From positions 112,897,694-112,961,693 of the forward strand of contig NC_068986.1 of assembly GCF_001194135.2 (NCBI RefSeq): a DNA stretch of 64,000 nt, written 5' to 3'. Below, piece by piece: positions 1 to 12,965 of this stretch. The translations under genes and the position numbers were made by a program. This DNA comes from Octopus bimaculoides. Its lineage: Eukaryota. The notes beneath the pieces are model-generated. The model did no database searches. It was not told where the DNA came from and saw only the letters and a program-made list of their open reading frames with translations. The first letter of the stretch is position 1. Each line of letters starts with the position of its first letter.

Positions 1-309
1 GATTGACGTGTGTGCAGTATATATTAATCAGTAAAGCTAACACGTAGCTAAATTTGATATTTAAAATGTTAAAACGATTAAGATAAATTAGTCAGAAATT
101 TAAGTGGAAAACAAAAAGGAAATATAGAACAAATAACAACCAAAAAAAAAACAAGGAGAAAATATGATCAATGAAACACTTCATTGGTAAAAGGTAAAAA
201 TACCACTTAAAGATCTCCATAATATAATAATATATATACGCATAGTCGTACTAACAAGCACATATATGTTTGCATGTGACTATATAGAAATATGTGTACA
301 CACATACAT

Positions 310-369
<60 letters not shown>

Positions 370-745
370 GTATATATATATGTATGTATGTAAACAGTCT
401 CACCTACACAAATATCAGCCCACTCCACACACACATATGTATGCACATTGATATCCATGAACGCACTCATACACACAGGACTAAAGTCCGATAAGTTGTC
501 TTTCGTTCCCTCTCTTCTATAACGCATCGACCTAATACGATGTTCGTTAAAATGTCTTACTATTGTGCTCGCTTTTCTGCTTTTGTCTTTCTTTATTGCT
601 TCTGAATGTATATGGAAATAAGCATGCATATATGTGTGTTTATGAATACGAAAATATATACATATAGGAAATCACACATGCATACATATATACATACTTA
701 GATACAAAGACACAGACACACACATACATATATATATATACATAC

Positions 746-1037
746 AGGAACACTCCGTCGGTTACGACAACGAGGGTTCCAGCTGATACGATCAACGTAA
801 CAGCTTGCTCGGGAAATTAACGTGCAAGTGGTTGAGCACTCCACAGGCACATGTACCTTTAACGTAGTTCTCTGAGAGATTCGGCGTGATACAGAGTGTG
901 ATAAAGCAGGTCCTTTGAAATACAGTTACTGCCCATTTTTGCCCGCTGAGTGGACTGGAGCAACGTGAAATAAAGTGTCTTGCTCATGAACACAAGGCGT
1001 CGCCGGGAATTGAGCCCTACCCACTAAGCCACTCGCT
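746..1037 (-). mobile_element. tRNA-derived SINE, family A
   Basis: The minus strand has a tRNA-like head followed by the core tgtgttcatgagcaagacactttatttcacgttgctccagtccactcagc. The body is homologous to 5048-5343 and 46348-46644. Confidence 0.85.
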
Positions 1038-1105
1038 TTCATATATGCATGTATGTATATATGTATGTGTGTGTGTATGTATGTATGTATGTATGTATAG
1101 ATAGA

Positions 1106-1145
<40 letters not shown>

Positions 1146-1240
1146 AAGTCAGACAGCAGGCAGACTGACAGATAAATAAATAGATAAATAGATAGATAGA
1201 TAGATACATAGATAGATAGATAGAAAGAAGAAGAACAAAA

Positions 1241-1340
1241 GAAGAAGAAGAAGAAGAAGAAGAAGAAGAAGAAGAAGAAGAAGAAGAAGAAGAAGAAGAA
1301 GAAGAAGAAGAAGAAGAAGAAGAAGAAGAAGAAGAAGAAG
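1241..1340 (+). repeat. (GAA)n microsatellite, about 33 units, preceded by (TATG)n and (GATA/GACA)n tracts
   Basis: Read directly from the sequence. Confidence 0.98.
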
Positions 1341-1484
1341 AATATAGAAAATACCTTAGTAATGAGAACCCAGGTGCGAAATTTTCCCAAGACACCTGTT
1401 GAAGGCTGGAGGGTATATCAGCAGAAAGGTTGTGTTAACAACAAACAAGATGAGGAAAAATATCTGTCAAATGTAAATAATGTT
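1341..1484 (+). mobile_element. 3' half of the hammerhead-bearing SINE (family H), tRNA head absent
   Basis: Closely matches the reverse complement of 21045-21200 (taccttag.aatgaga.cccagg ... caagacacctg ... tcaaat.taaataatgt). Confidence 0.85.
1391..1436 (+). ncRNA. Degenerate minimal type I hammerhead ribozyme motif
   Basis: gacac-CTGTTGA-a-ggctg(loop)cagca-GAAA-ggtt-gtgtt. Stems I and II can pair, but A6 is changed to U and the base of stem II is mismatched. Confidence 0.5.
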
Positions 1485-2079
1485 TAATGTTCAGTGTTTC
1501 TATTCCTTAGTGTTGGTGAGATTTAATCTCACCTCCACATTAATCAAGTAGACCCATGATGAACTTTGTGACAACTTTTACAATCCTTTAGATCTTGTGC
1601 CACTAACAGTCAGCCTTTATCAAATAGACCCATGAGAAATGTGACAACCGTGACAGCAATTGGCCAACTAACTGATAGGCAAAAAGTCATTTACTGTCAG
1701 TCTGCAATCTCAGTCCGTATGATTCTAGCCAGCAAGTGTGTTCTTTACTGTAACTGAATTTTCCAGCTCTATTAAAGTTCTTCCTGCTCCCCAGAGCTCC
1801 AGTATTCATGGCAGATATATTGTGACAGCCAAACGCACACAACTATACCCGTATCAATTCGACTTAGCTATATCCTGCTTTCTCAGTCCTCGTGCTAAAC
1901 ACTTCTTGACCTTCACCCAAATCTAAATGTTGCCCCCACCCCACCAGAACACCATTATTTATCATACCTTCACCATTGGTGTTGATTTAAACAAACTGAA
2001 GAAACATTAATTGCATCAATCTCCCTGCTTCTGGAGGTCTGCGAAGTTCATGACCAATTGAAAACCGTTCAAACTGGAA

Positions 2080-2154
<75 letters not shown>

Positions 2155-2326
2155 NNNNNNNNNNNNNNNNNNNNNNNNNNNNNNNNNNNNNNNNNNNNNN
2201 NNNNNNNNNNNNNNNNNNNNNNNNNNNNNNNNNNNNNNNNNNNNNNGTGTAGGCATTTGTGACTGTGTGAGAGTGTATCTGTGTTTCTGTGCATCTGTGT
2301 ATGTGTGTGTGCCTGTGTGTGAGTGC

Positions 2327-2357
<31 letters not shown>

Positions 2358-3279
2358 GGTGTGTGTGTGTACATGCATACATAGATACATATATTCTGCT
2401 CTTGCATTCAGTTCAAATAACAAAATAAAAATCTAATACCTAGTAAAAAGCCTTATTAGAGGAAATAATAATCCGTCATAGGGTTCTTGTTGATGGAAAT
2501 AAATGAATGGTTATAGCCAAAATGCATTTGAGCATTGGCGTACCCTGTGATGGAAGAACCAGGGATACCAATAATTGACATCAATACCAACCAACACGCC
2601 AACAATAATCACAACGATGTTTCAGAATGGACAGTTCGCTGGCAAACATTTGCATTGAAACACTTTATAATCAACGACTCATCGCTGTTGTGTTTTTTCG
2701 GTTCTACAACTTCTGCTCATCTTGTATACTTCCTATTTTCTGCAGCGAATAGGTCGATGTATTACGACTCTAAATATAAATAACGCCATTTGTCGTTTCG
2801 CTGATATTTCTCGCCGATGGCGCGGGCTCGATACATGAATAATGGTAGGTACATTAATAATAGATTATCCTGTGTTAAAACTAATGGAATGCAGATTATT
2901 TTCTTAAACTACAACTGATAAATCGTGATACGGGGACTCGATATTGATACAAATATCGTGTCAAAAGATCAAGCAATATATATTTTCTCTTCCCATATGC
3001 TTGAATGCGATTTCAAAAGTGTCACGCTAAAATCTTTTTCCTCATAGCATAAAAAAAAATGTTGTTACAATTCCGGGATGGCCTTCAAATGCTGTTAAAA
3101 AAGAAAGGCGTTTACCTCGTAGCCTTTACTGGTCTAGTAGAGGATAAACAATGCTTAGAAACTGCATTATTAATTTATCACTTTGAACATCGTATTGATT
3201 TTTTTACATTTCTTTGCCTCCTCTAAAACGAAGTAATATTTCGTTCGAACACGTTGTGACAATAACTAAGTTTCTCCGT

Positions 3280-4140
3280 AGCTAAATGTCATTACACAAG
3301 TTGTACCAACGTTGAATTGTTAACGATATAAATGCTTTGGAATATATATGGAGCCGTTTCCTTTCAGGAAATGTTGTTTAGCTTATCTCCGCTTAACTTG
3401 GCGTCCTTTTGAAGTAACTTATGCTATTGATTTAAAACATGTTTTAATGGTTTTAGCTAAATCAGGCAAATTAAGTAGATGGCAGTCTTTTAGATGGCTA
3501 TTGATATCAATCACTGCGCTGATGAGTTCTAGGGACACTACACGGTTTTTAACTAAGTGGTGCTTTACATACACTGATTCGGTTTTATTAATTTAGATTG
3601 GTGAGCACTTAGAGACGCTCTTCTGTAATTGCATTTCGTTCGTTCTCCGATGAGGGATGATGTGACAAATGATTAACTGGACTATTAATTTCGTGTCGTG
3701 TTCGCTGGTTGTTCTATTTTATTGTATTACGTAATGGCAAGATCAGTAGCCATCCGATAGGCTTCAGCTGCCAAGTTAGTTTTGTTATATAGTGAAGTAC
3801 GTATCAACATATCTAATGAGGTTAGGCGGATAACTTTAATTAATTCTGACTATATCGGTAGTGATTGGAGACAAACATAGTTGAATAATGTCTAATGAAG
3901 GAAAATAAAGACATGGATGAAACGCGATTTCAAGGATTTCTATACATTTCCAAACGTAGCATTTTCAATCAAGAAGACAATAAAATATTTGACAAATTTC
4001 CGGTGGAATTATTTTACATGGAGACCGTGTTGGCTTCCAAATTCATGTTGTCTCCTCAGCATTGTATTACAAATGTGAGAGATACATCTGGTGGCTGTCG
4101 CTTAAGGGGTTATGAAGCTGTTGTTATCTGCATGAAAAAG
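3280..4140 (-). mobile_element. Possible highly decayed Penelope-like element remnant
   Basis: Broken minus-strand peptides such as SYPPNLIRY (cf. NGYP..LI) and INSHLKDCH resemble the PLE thumb/GIY-YIG region. Many stops and frameshifts. Confidence 0.3.
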
Positions 4141-4625
4141 TGACCGTCTATCAGTTACTGCACGTCTGTCAGTTACTGACCTCTTCTCTGATAATGCCTG
4201 TCTAACAGGTACTGCTCGTCTACTAGGTATCGCCTTCACTTTTTAGCATTACAAAAATAACTGTTGAAGAATATGATAAATTACAATTATTAATATGTTT
4301 ATATAGTTAGCTAAGAGCACAGATAAATTCAATGAGAATCGAATTCATGAAATTAAGAATTAACAAAGAGTATGATTACTAATCTGCTAGATTAGAAATT
4401 AAGTGATGGTGGAAATACACAAACTAGTAGTTTCGGAGCAGTAAACTTTATATTCAAGTGCAGAGATATTTATAGCAATGCAAAAGATGAAGATATTCAA
4501 CGGCAAACCACGACGTGTATAATTTGGAAATAAACGTTCTACATATGTATTGCTAAATTTAAAAAACAAAAAAAAAACTAGATCAATGAATAATGGTCAT
4601 CCTATAAATATATATATATTTATAA

Positions 4626-4864
4626 GGACGGTGAGCTACCAGAATCGTTAGCACATCAAGCGAAATACTGCGAAGCATTGAAGTATTTCACCCGTGGCTA
4701 CATTCTGAGTTCAAATTCCGCCGAGGTCGACTCTGCCTTTCATCCTTTCGGGATCGATAAATTAAGTACCAGTTGCGCACTGGGGTCGATGTAATCGACT
4801 TATTCTCTTTGTCTGTCCTTGTTTGTCCCTTCTATGTTTAATCCTTTGTGAGCAATAACGAAAT
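4626..4864 (+). mobile_element. SINE family B, near full length
   Basis: gagctaccagaatcgttagcac ... ctgagttcaaattccgccgaggtcgactctgcctttcatcctttcggg ... aagtaccagt ... ggggtcgatgtaatcgact, with at least six further copies in the window. Confidence 0.9.
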
Positions 4865-4881
4865 ATATCTATATCTATATG

Positions 4882-4935
<54 letters not shown>

Positions 4936-5047
4936 CTCCTATAAATATACGAGGGGTGTATGAAAAGTGTTGCGCCTCAAAAAGAACAAAACATGCTAGA
5001 AGACTTCAAGGCTCAAAACGTTTCATGCACCACTCGTATAGCACTGA

Positions 5048-5343
5048 AGGTGCGTAGCTATGCAGCTGGAGTATTCGGTTAACGATCAACGAGGTCGTGA
5101 GTTCGATTCCATGCGGCGCGATGTGTCTCTTGAACAAGATTTTTTTTATTTCGCGTTGTTCCAGTGCGGTGAGTTTTACATGTAATCAGAAGGGTCAGAC
5201 TTGTCACGATCTCCTTGAGAACTTATTTAAGGGCACACGCGTGTCAATGGAGTGCTCGGAATCTTGCATATCAATTTCACGAACAGACCGTTCAGCTGAT
5301 GAGATCAACTGCAACAGTCATCGTCGCATCCGACGTAGTGCCT
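5048..5343 (+). mobile_element. SINE family A copy
   Basis: B-box gagttcgattcc and core tgtgtctcttgaacaaga. The body is the reverse complement of 746-960. Confidence 0.8.
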
Positions 5344-5899
5344 ATTATACACCCCCCCCCACACACACATATCAGCTGAAATTGATATGCAAGATNNNNN
5401 NNNNNNNNNNNNNNNNNNNNNNNNNNNNNNNNNNNNNNNTATATATATATATATATATATATTTGTGTGTGTGTGTGTGTGTAATTGCTAATTAAATTCA
5501 CCACGGTTTGCTCATCTTTCTCTTTCATGATAGCAACTTATTTATAAAAGTATTACGGTAACTTAGGCTATTGAAAAATATAGGTCATTATCGTGAAGGC
5601 CAGATTGAGAGGTACTTATCAACTGGATTGATCATTATGTGTTTTTAAGCTTACCATTACAGACGTAGGAGTATTATTTATTTCGTTGAAAATGTTTCCG
5701 CGGTGATGCGTTATGCAAAAATTTGGGATACATATAACTGATAAGCAATAGGCCTCAGATTGCATTTCGTCTAATTTCAAAAGGTTTTCTTTTTTAATCG
5801 ATCGTCTCGGAATTGTCTCACCTGCATGTTATTCATTATATTCTTGCATTCCGCCTGCACAATTGCTTCGCTGAAAATTTTAATTGATCACAGTTTTTG

Positions 5900-6760
5900 A
5901 ACCCACATGTATTAACATGTCTACCAATTAGTTCTGGTAGTTTTATGTCTTCATAGCAGGTTATATCTTTCAATGTTATAAATGTCTAGTGCAATGTCTT
6001 GGTTTTTTCGAGTTGTTGTTTTAATTTCTTCTTTTTTATGGGTGGGGGTGAATGTTATAGTTTATACATAATTCCAAGAATTTTTCTCCAATGCGCTTGA
6101 GAAGTATTTTCGTTGTTCAGTTTGATAGTTGGCTGTTCTTCGGAGTTGCTCTTAAGAAAGGCGATGGTGGATTTAGCAAATTCTATTTTCGTCTAGATGT
6201 TTGTAATCATGTTTCTAGGTGGATGATAGAACATTGGAGTGGTTGTGCAGCTTTTTCTTGGGGAAATCTGAGAGGTTGCTAGTGTGAAATCACCTGCTCA
6301 TGAGGTTGTCTGCATGTTTGCTGAGGCGTAGGCGGCTCATATACATAAATGTTGTATGAGAAGAAAATAACTATTAAATTGAAATATTAAAAAAATACTA
6401 GATGCCGTGTTATTGTAGCTTGTCTGTGTTCGACAATATGTGATCTAGTTTGCTAAACAGAAGGATTAAGTGGTTAACACTGTATCTATTTCATATTTAA
6501 TTTACGTAAGTTTCTTGAAAAACATGCGAGTCAAAATATGTGCTTGTAAGGTTAGTATGGAAGTAGAAGAATGAATGTGTATTGGTGACCTGCCGAGGAT
6601 TTTTCTCATATGTTTTAAGTAATAGTCGTGAATAATGTAGTGGCCATATGCACATTTGCTGCAGATCCACAAAGTGTAATGTGTGTATGTTAGTTAAGTT
6701 AAAGATGGGTGGCTCTGAGTCTCATCTCTGAGAAGTGACAGCAAAGATTACTCTTTGGCT
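5900..6760 (-). mobile_element. Decayed LINE reverse transcriptase remnant (I/Jockey-like)
   Basis: Minus-strand fragments KHADNL (cf. YADDL) and HLET*LQT..KSTIAFL, on an A/C-rich coding-type strand. Heavily disrupted. Confidence 0.35.
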
Positions 6761-6849
6761 GATGTCTTTATATTACCAAATTTATATAAGAACAATAATT
6801 GGTTCATTGTAATATGATTGTTGTGTATTTGTAGGTCATTACTCATACA

Positions 6850-7900
6850 GAATTTGGCCAATATCAACCAATCAACGAAACGCTAAACGAAGTGGCAATT
6901 TTTCATTTCGAAAAAAACAAAGTGCGAGGCAGAGCATACTGCTTTCTCATAGGCTGTTTATCGGCGTCGTTCTACCATACTACACCATACGGAATGTAAT
7001 CAGGAACCTTATGGAGTGCGGCTATGAGTGTGTCTATTTATTGTATACACTCATTAATAATTCAGACTATTTTAGTATCGTCAAAGGTACCGTTGGTAGC
7101 CATTGACATCAAAGTAGGATTCTGCCTGAATGCAGCACTTTTTATTTTTCAGACTATACTGTACGTGAAGTATATAAAGATGAATTGCCTGGGATCCGAG
7201 GCTAAAGATGTATTCCTGTGTCTAAGAATCGCTGTGTTTTTTTTGTTTTTTTTACGTGATGATTATGTTGCAATTATCATACGGGTTTTTGTGTATGCTT
7301 TGAAACGGCAAAATTGGTGTGAAATGAGCAATGGATTTCGGATTATTGAAATTCTGTAATTGCAAGTCATGAACACTAAACGAGTCTGGTGACCTGGTAT
7401 GATATTCGTATCCAGTAGTTGCATTGATTTTAAGGAGTCATCGAGTAATTCTTCGTATGAATATACAAAATGCAAGAGAGGTGAAAGCTTATATTTAGAA
7501 AGAAGACTCTAAAATATCCACGTTTCCCGTATTGAATTTGTGAGTAGAATGATGGTTGAATATGCAAATCAAAATCCATGTTGTATTCTCAGATGGATAT
7601 GTATGGGCGGTATTTGTTTTCAAAGGTAGTCTAGTCTATACATAGAAGAGGTATGTATCTATGTATTTTTACTTTACTTGGGTAGAGGTTGCGTTGCAAT
7701 GACTTCATAACTGATACAGTTTTCATAATTTTGCCAAGGTCTAGTGTTCTACGGATTTGTTAATTTAGATTCGATTAGTTATGGACCTTGGCGGGTGTAT
7801 TGATTCTTTAAAGAAGCATATTAAGAAATATTTTGAGGTTATACAAGTCCACAGTGCGTGGTTCCATGTAAAGAGATGGACGTACTAAGTTGACAGCAAG
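6850..7900 (-). mobile_element. Possible decayed Penelope-like RT remnant
   Basis: Collinear broken peptides ELLDDS (cf. RYLDDC), LPFQSIHKN (cf. LPFLDILIKN), KKTQRFL (cf. PTDTQQYL) and NGYQ (cf. RGYP). Confidence 0.35.
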
Positions 7901-9643
7901 CCACTCTCAAATCTCACCATAATGACACATTGAAAAATATATTGCAAGAAGAAGGTTGGGATTTTAACATCCTGTAAGCTTTATATTCTTCTGGATCAGA
8001 GGTGGCCTGTGGTTAAACAGCAGCAACACCAACACCACTTAGTATTGCTCGTTTCCAATTTTGCTTTCGTTGTAAATGTATGGTAACTATAAAAGCGAAA
8101 GCACATTAGAGTACCATTGACAACCATCATGAGGCTGAGCTGAAACTGTTGTCAGTATTGAATTCCATCAAAGCCAATCAAGTATTCACACGAATACGAT
8201 TCATTAAGAACAGTGCAACGAGATTGCATAAACTGCACATCGAGACAAACTATCTGATTCTCTGGCGTACCACATGCATTAATCTAACTGATATTAATAA
8301 GAGAAGGAATAATTAAATTATTGCATATTAAATGTTAACAGAAGATCAAAGTGAGTGATTAGTACTTGGAGAATTCGTTTCATCATCTGATATAATGAGT
8401 CATTGTGTGAAAGAAATGTGGTTCACAGCAACAGAGGCAACATAGAGATTATACTGAACTGGGTTTAATCATGGATTGCTATATCCATTGTGATATCTAT
8501 TATTACATTCGTCAATAAGTTCCTTCCGCTCATTAACCTTAATATATCTAGCTAAACCTGACCATTAGAGCTCGCTGAGGATAACATCGAAATTACTGAT
8601 ATTATTATAACACTTGATAAGAGCATCTGAAACGTTATTATTTATGGTATCACTAATATCTCATGTAACCACGGCTGCGCTGACAACTGCAATGAAACCA
8701 CCATTGCTTCACAGCTCATCAAATCTAACACTTCAACAAGGTGAGAACACTATAATTTTCTCAAACATGTCCATCAACAAAACACATGCTTTTATTGATC
8801 AATGCAGCCGGTTTGTCGTTGCTATACGTTGCTATTCCAAAGTTCTTTCTTTATATATTTCTAAAATATAAACTATATTTAGTGGTATTGAGAATGATTG
8901 AAAAAAAGCTGGCATATATTATTCCCAATGCCGTCTTACTATTTCAATTGTTCTAACTACAAAGAAATGATAAACTACATGGAATAACACATGCTAATAA
9001 CGCAGCACACAGTAATTCAAAGACATAATCTTCAGCGCTATGACAGCTTCAATACTGATAATAAATTGCTTTCGATTTTATTACATCAGTTTTTTTTTAT
9101 CGAATTTTATTAATTATAAAAAAGAAGAAAATATTCCCCCGGGAACCTGTCATGGCAATAAAGCTATCAAAACAATCTTGCTGCAAGTGGAAATAACCAT
9201 GATTGCTATGGAAGAGCAAAGAATGTTATAGACATAATTTTAGATGAGGAATATTCACAATAGGTTTTCTTTGAGTATCATATGCTCGTTCGATTGAATC
9301 TACTTAAATGCGTCTCGAAGTCAGCCATTCTATATAACAATGGAAAAAATAATATATAGGTACAACCGATATCTTTAATAATTTTGCCGTTTCTACCAAA
9401 GAATAAAGAAGATTCGCTGAAAGCGTAGGTGCATGTGATGCATGTGTAATATACATACACAAAACACATACACACACACGTACATATATACATACCTTTA
9501 TATATATTTCTTTGCATATATAAATATGTACATGTATATATATATATATATATATATNNNNNNNNNNNNNNNNNNNNNNNNNNNNNNNNNNNNNNNNNNN
9601 NNNNNNNNNNNNNNNNNNNNNNNNNNNNNNNNNNNNNNNNNNN

Positions 9644-9691
<48 letters not shown>

Positions 9692-10699
9692 GTATACATA
9701 TATATACATATACTAGCGTGCGAGTGTGTGTGTATTTGTGTAACAAATGAGAAAACAAACAATGAAATTCTCGAGATTCTTTATTGCTCACAACGATCGT
9801 TTCGACCCCGCTTGCATCGAATCGTTGTGGTTGAGATACTGTACAGATAGTTCCTGGTGCATCGTTCGTTGCAGTCTTATCTGTTGAGGTGACTTTTCAA
9901 AAGATGCCCCGTTTTGCCTGTAGGTGGTTACCTATAGGCTTCGAGGTTTAGAATACAAGTAATTATCTATATATACATATATGTATTATTTAGTAGATGA
10001 GCACGGAAGTATGAGGGGCTATAATCCTTTGTTACCGTTTTTCATAGGTACGTAGAGGTAGATGTTGCGTTAGTGTTGATAGGGCTTTCGACTCTGTTCT
10101 TACCATTTGGCATTTGTTTCAATGTAAGTATTTATCTTGCAGACGTTTATTATTTTATTCATACCTATGTGAATATTCATGAACATTAACATATCTTTAT
10201 ACAGAAATAAATTTGTATCCTTTAATTTCGTTTCGGAAAACGTGTTCAATACACATATAAATGTTTCTACTCTATTATGCCAGCAACAGTGTAAAGATGC
10301 CAACTAGCAATGCCAACTTTCTCGGGTTGCAGCCGATATAAAGTTGGATACGTACTGTAATAACACGAATTAATAAGTATATATATATATATATATATAC
10401 ATGAGGAAAATAAGAAGGAAAAAGTGAAAATGCATATTGATATAAAAAAATAAAGGCTTTTTTAATGAAAAGCAACGATAAATATATATAATTAGATGAA
10501 CTTAGATAGAATTAAGAGGAATAAAAGTCACCTGGAAATCGGTGTTCATTCAAAGCCAGTGAACAGCATTTGACTATACCGGTATGACTTTGAATCTCTT
10601 TATCAATTCAAAATAATGACTTTTATTCCTCTTAATTCTACCTAGTTCATCAAATTAAGAAGAACCTTCTTATGTAATAATTAATGACTGGTAGAACAC

Positions 10700-12761
10700 T
10701 AAGTTCTTCATACAGGCAGTACGTCTTTCCAGCAAAGATATAGGCACGGAATTTGGCAAAGATACGTACAGAATATTAGTTATGAAAAAGGGACAGGTAT
10801 TCAACAGTGAATACATTCAAGTACAAGTTGGCGAGACATTAAAATCGCTGAAACGATTAGAGTGATAAGAATCTAGGGTTATTGGAATCTGAGAGAACAT
10901 GAGAAGGGAAGGAAGTGAATGAAAAAAGGTCCCAGTGTAGTGGAGGCTGTAGATATTTGGGTAGTAAATTTATTAGATGCTCAGCAGTTTTTGTAGATTG
11001 GACAAAAACTGAATTAACAAATATAGGCAGAAAAACAAAGAAGGATTTCAATATGAATGGAGGAGTTCAAACAAGAGCAGGAGTGCCAAGATTATACAAG
11101 CAAGGTGGAAGGGGGTAAATATCAGTATAAGACTGCATGGAGTTTGCTAGAGTAGATATGACCTCCTGTGCAGTTAATAGTGAAGAAATTATATTAAGAG
11201 CTGCTACAATCACAGTAACACAGTAGGTAAACCAAAATGCCAAATGAAGTTAAAGACCGGAAAAAAGAAGATTATCAGACTGGCAAGAAAAGGCATACTA
11301 GATTCAAAAAGATAGTTGCAGAAAATTGTAATAGTGAGTCATGGTTCTTTTTGCAGAAAGAGAGGCTGAAAAGAGAAGGAATTCAATATGAATTGAGGAC
11401 TCCACTTAAGGACAGGAGTAGAAAACTTATACTTACCTAGAAAGGAAGGTGGACGAGGGTTAATATTAATGGAAGACTGTATGGAGTTAACCACAGTAGA
11501 TATAGACTCCTATGCAGGTAATAGTGAAGAAAGTTTATTAAGAGCTGCTAGATTCACAAAAAGGCAAAGGCAACCAAAACCCAAACGAAGTTAAAAATCA
11601 GAAGCGTCAAAAAAATTATCTGATTCGCAGGAGAAAACTTCCATAATAGATTCCTAAAGATAGTTGCAGCAAACAGTTGTAGAAAGAAAAACTTTTTGGT
11701 TGCAGAAAGAAAAACTGAAGAGAGAGACAGGATGTCTTTTAGTAGCTGCATAAGATCAAACAGTAAGGAATAACTGGATAAAAGCTGAAATTGGCAAAAA
11801 CCAAGAAGATTCCAATGTAGGTTATGCAAATAAAAAGAGGAAATATAGGATGCTGGCAAAGAAAGAATACAAGAAAAGACATGACAACCCAGGAAGAGTA
11901 TAAATCCACCGGAAATTATGTAGAAAGCCAGAAACTACCATGCAAACGTCCTTAGACATGTACCTGACCCCTCGTGCATAACTTGCGGAGAATTCACAGA
12001 GACAATTGATCGTATTGTTTCTTGCTGCTCAGTCCTCGTTGGAAAGGAGTACCTCCTAAGGCATGGCAGACTAGGGCAGTAATCCACTGGAATGCTTGTA
12101 AATACTACAAAATCAAATCCCGTGATCATCCCTTTGAACTTCCCAATACAAACAGACAGAAAAATTGACTCCAAGCGACCGGGCATTGTGATCAACGACT
12201 ACAACAGAGGAACTTGTTCCTTAATATATATGTCTGTACTACAAGATCAAAATGTCTCGAAAAGCTTTCTCACTATAAAGATCAGAATACTGAAATCACA
12301 AAAATGTGGAAGCTTAGTACTATGATAATAGCAGCAATAATTGGTGCGTTGGGAATGATAAGGATGGGAGCTGAGAGGTATATTAAGCAACTCTCTGATA
12401 ACTCCAGTCATGCCTGTTTAATTCCAGGATCTTACAGAATAATACAATCCTTAAGATTTAAAATAGAAAAAAAATGGAGCATGAAAACAGTGAATATCGT
12501 GTCCTTAACAACTGCTGTATTGGGAACAATAAGCAAAGTTATAGGCAAATGACTGCAGGAGATTCAAATAGAATGCCCTGTTGAGCTCCTGCAGAAAGTT
12601 TGTCTCTTAGGGACGGCAAGGATTATTAGGAATGTTCTAAGCAGTTGGAAGACAGCTGAAAACTTGTAGATACCTAAGGTTACAGGTAGTAACTAGCTTC
12701 CCACATAAATCCAACCAGGAATGAAACAGAACCTGAGCCAAATGAACATAATAGTAATAAT
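10700..12761 (+). mobile_element. R4/Dong-like non-LTR retrotransposon (RT C-terminus, CCHC knuckle, restriction-like endonuclease), degenerate and mosaic
   Basis: Peptides IQAVRLSSKDIGTEFGKDTYRILVMKKG (RT end), IRCSAVFVDWTKTEL..RLYKQGGRG (thumb), CITCGEFTETIDRIVSCC (knuckle), NFPIQTDRKIDSKRPGIV (RLE PD motif region) and LLQKVCLLGTARIIRNVL (C-terminus), ending in a taatagtaataat tail. Confidence 0.85.
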
Positions 12762-12811
12762 CCTTTCAACTATAGACATAAGAGCTGAAATTTTGTTGGA
12801 TGTCACTAGTG

Positions 12812-12965
12812 GACTACATCGACCCCAAAACCTGACTGGTACTTATTTTATCAACCTCGCAAGGATGAAAAGCAAATTCCATCTCGGTGGAATTTAAACG
12901 CATGACTTAATGATGGACAAAATGCCGCTAACCATTTTGACCAGTTCTGTAACGATTCCGCTAGC
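12812..12965 (-). mobile_element. SINE family B copy
   Basis: gactacatcgacccc..ctgactggtacttattttatc ... ctcggtggaattt is the reverse complement of the family B body. Confidence 0.8.

Noticed and set aside
207-629. ORFs rich in HT, CV, IY, YI or X residues (here and across the window)
   Set aside because: They are translations of (CA)n, (TA)n, (TATG)n and N-gaps, not genes.
1545-1648. Short direct repeat tagacccatga..tgtgacaac (two copies); similar pair at 4144-4178
   Set aside because: Only two imperfect units, so an ordinary small duplication and not a CRISPR-like array.
2480-2860. Complex CpG-containing region with an 82-aa ORF and a signal-peptide-like minus-strand stretch
   Set aside because: Stops interrupt every plausible frame; no recognisable domain or convincing splice pair.
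4948-4985. Mariner TIR-like tacgaggggtgtatgaaaagt (similar string near 28078)
   Set aside because: No partner TIR or transposase sequence nearby; too short to call.
8614-8871. 85-aa ORF with a hydrophobic N-terminus
   Set aside because: Its length is expected by chance, it starts at a non-ATG codon, and I recognise no homology.
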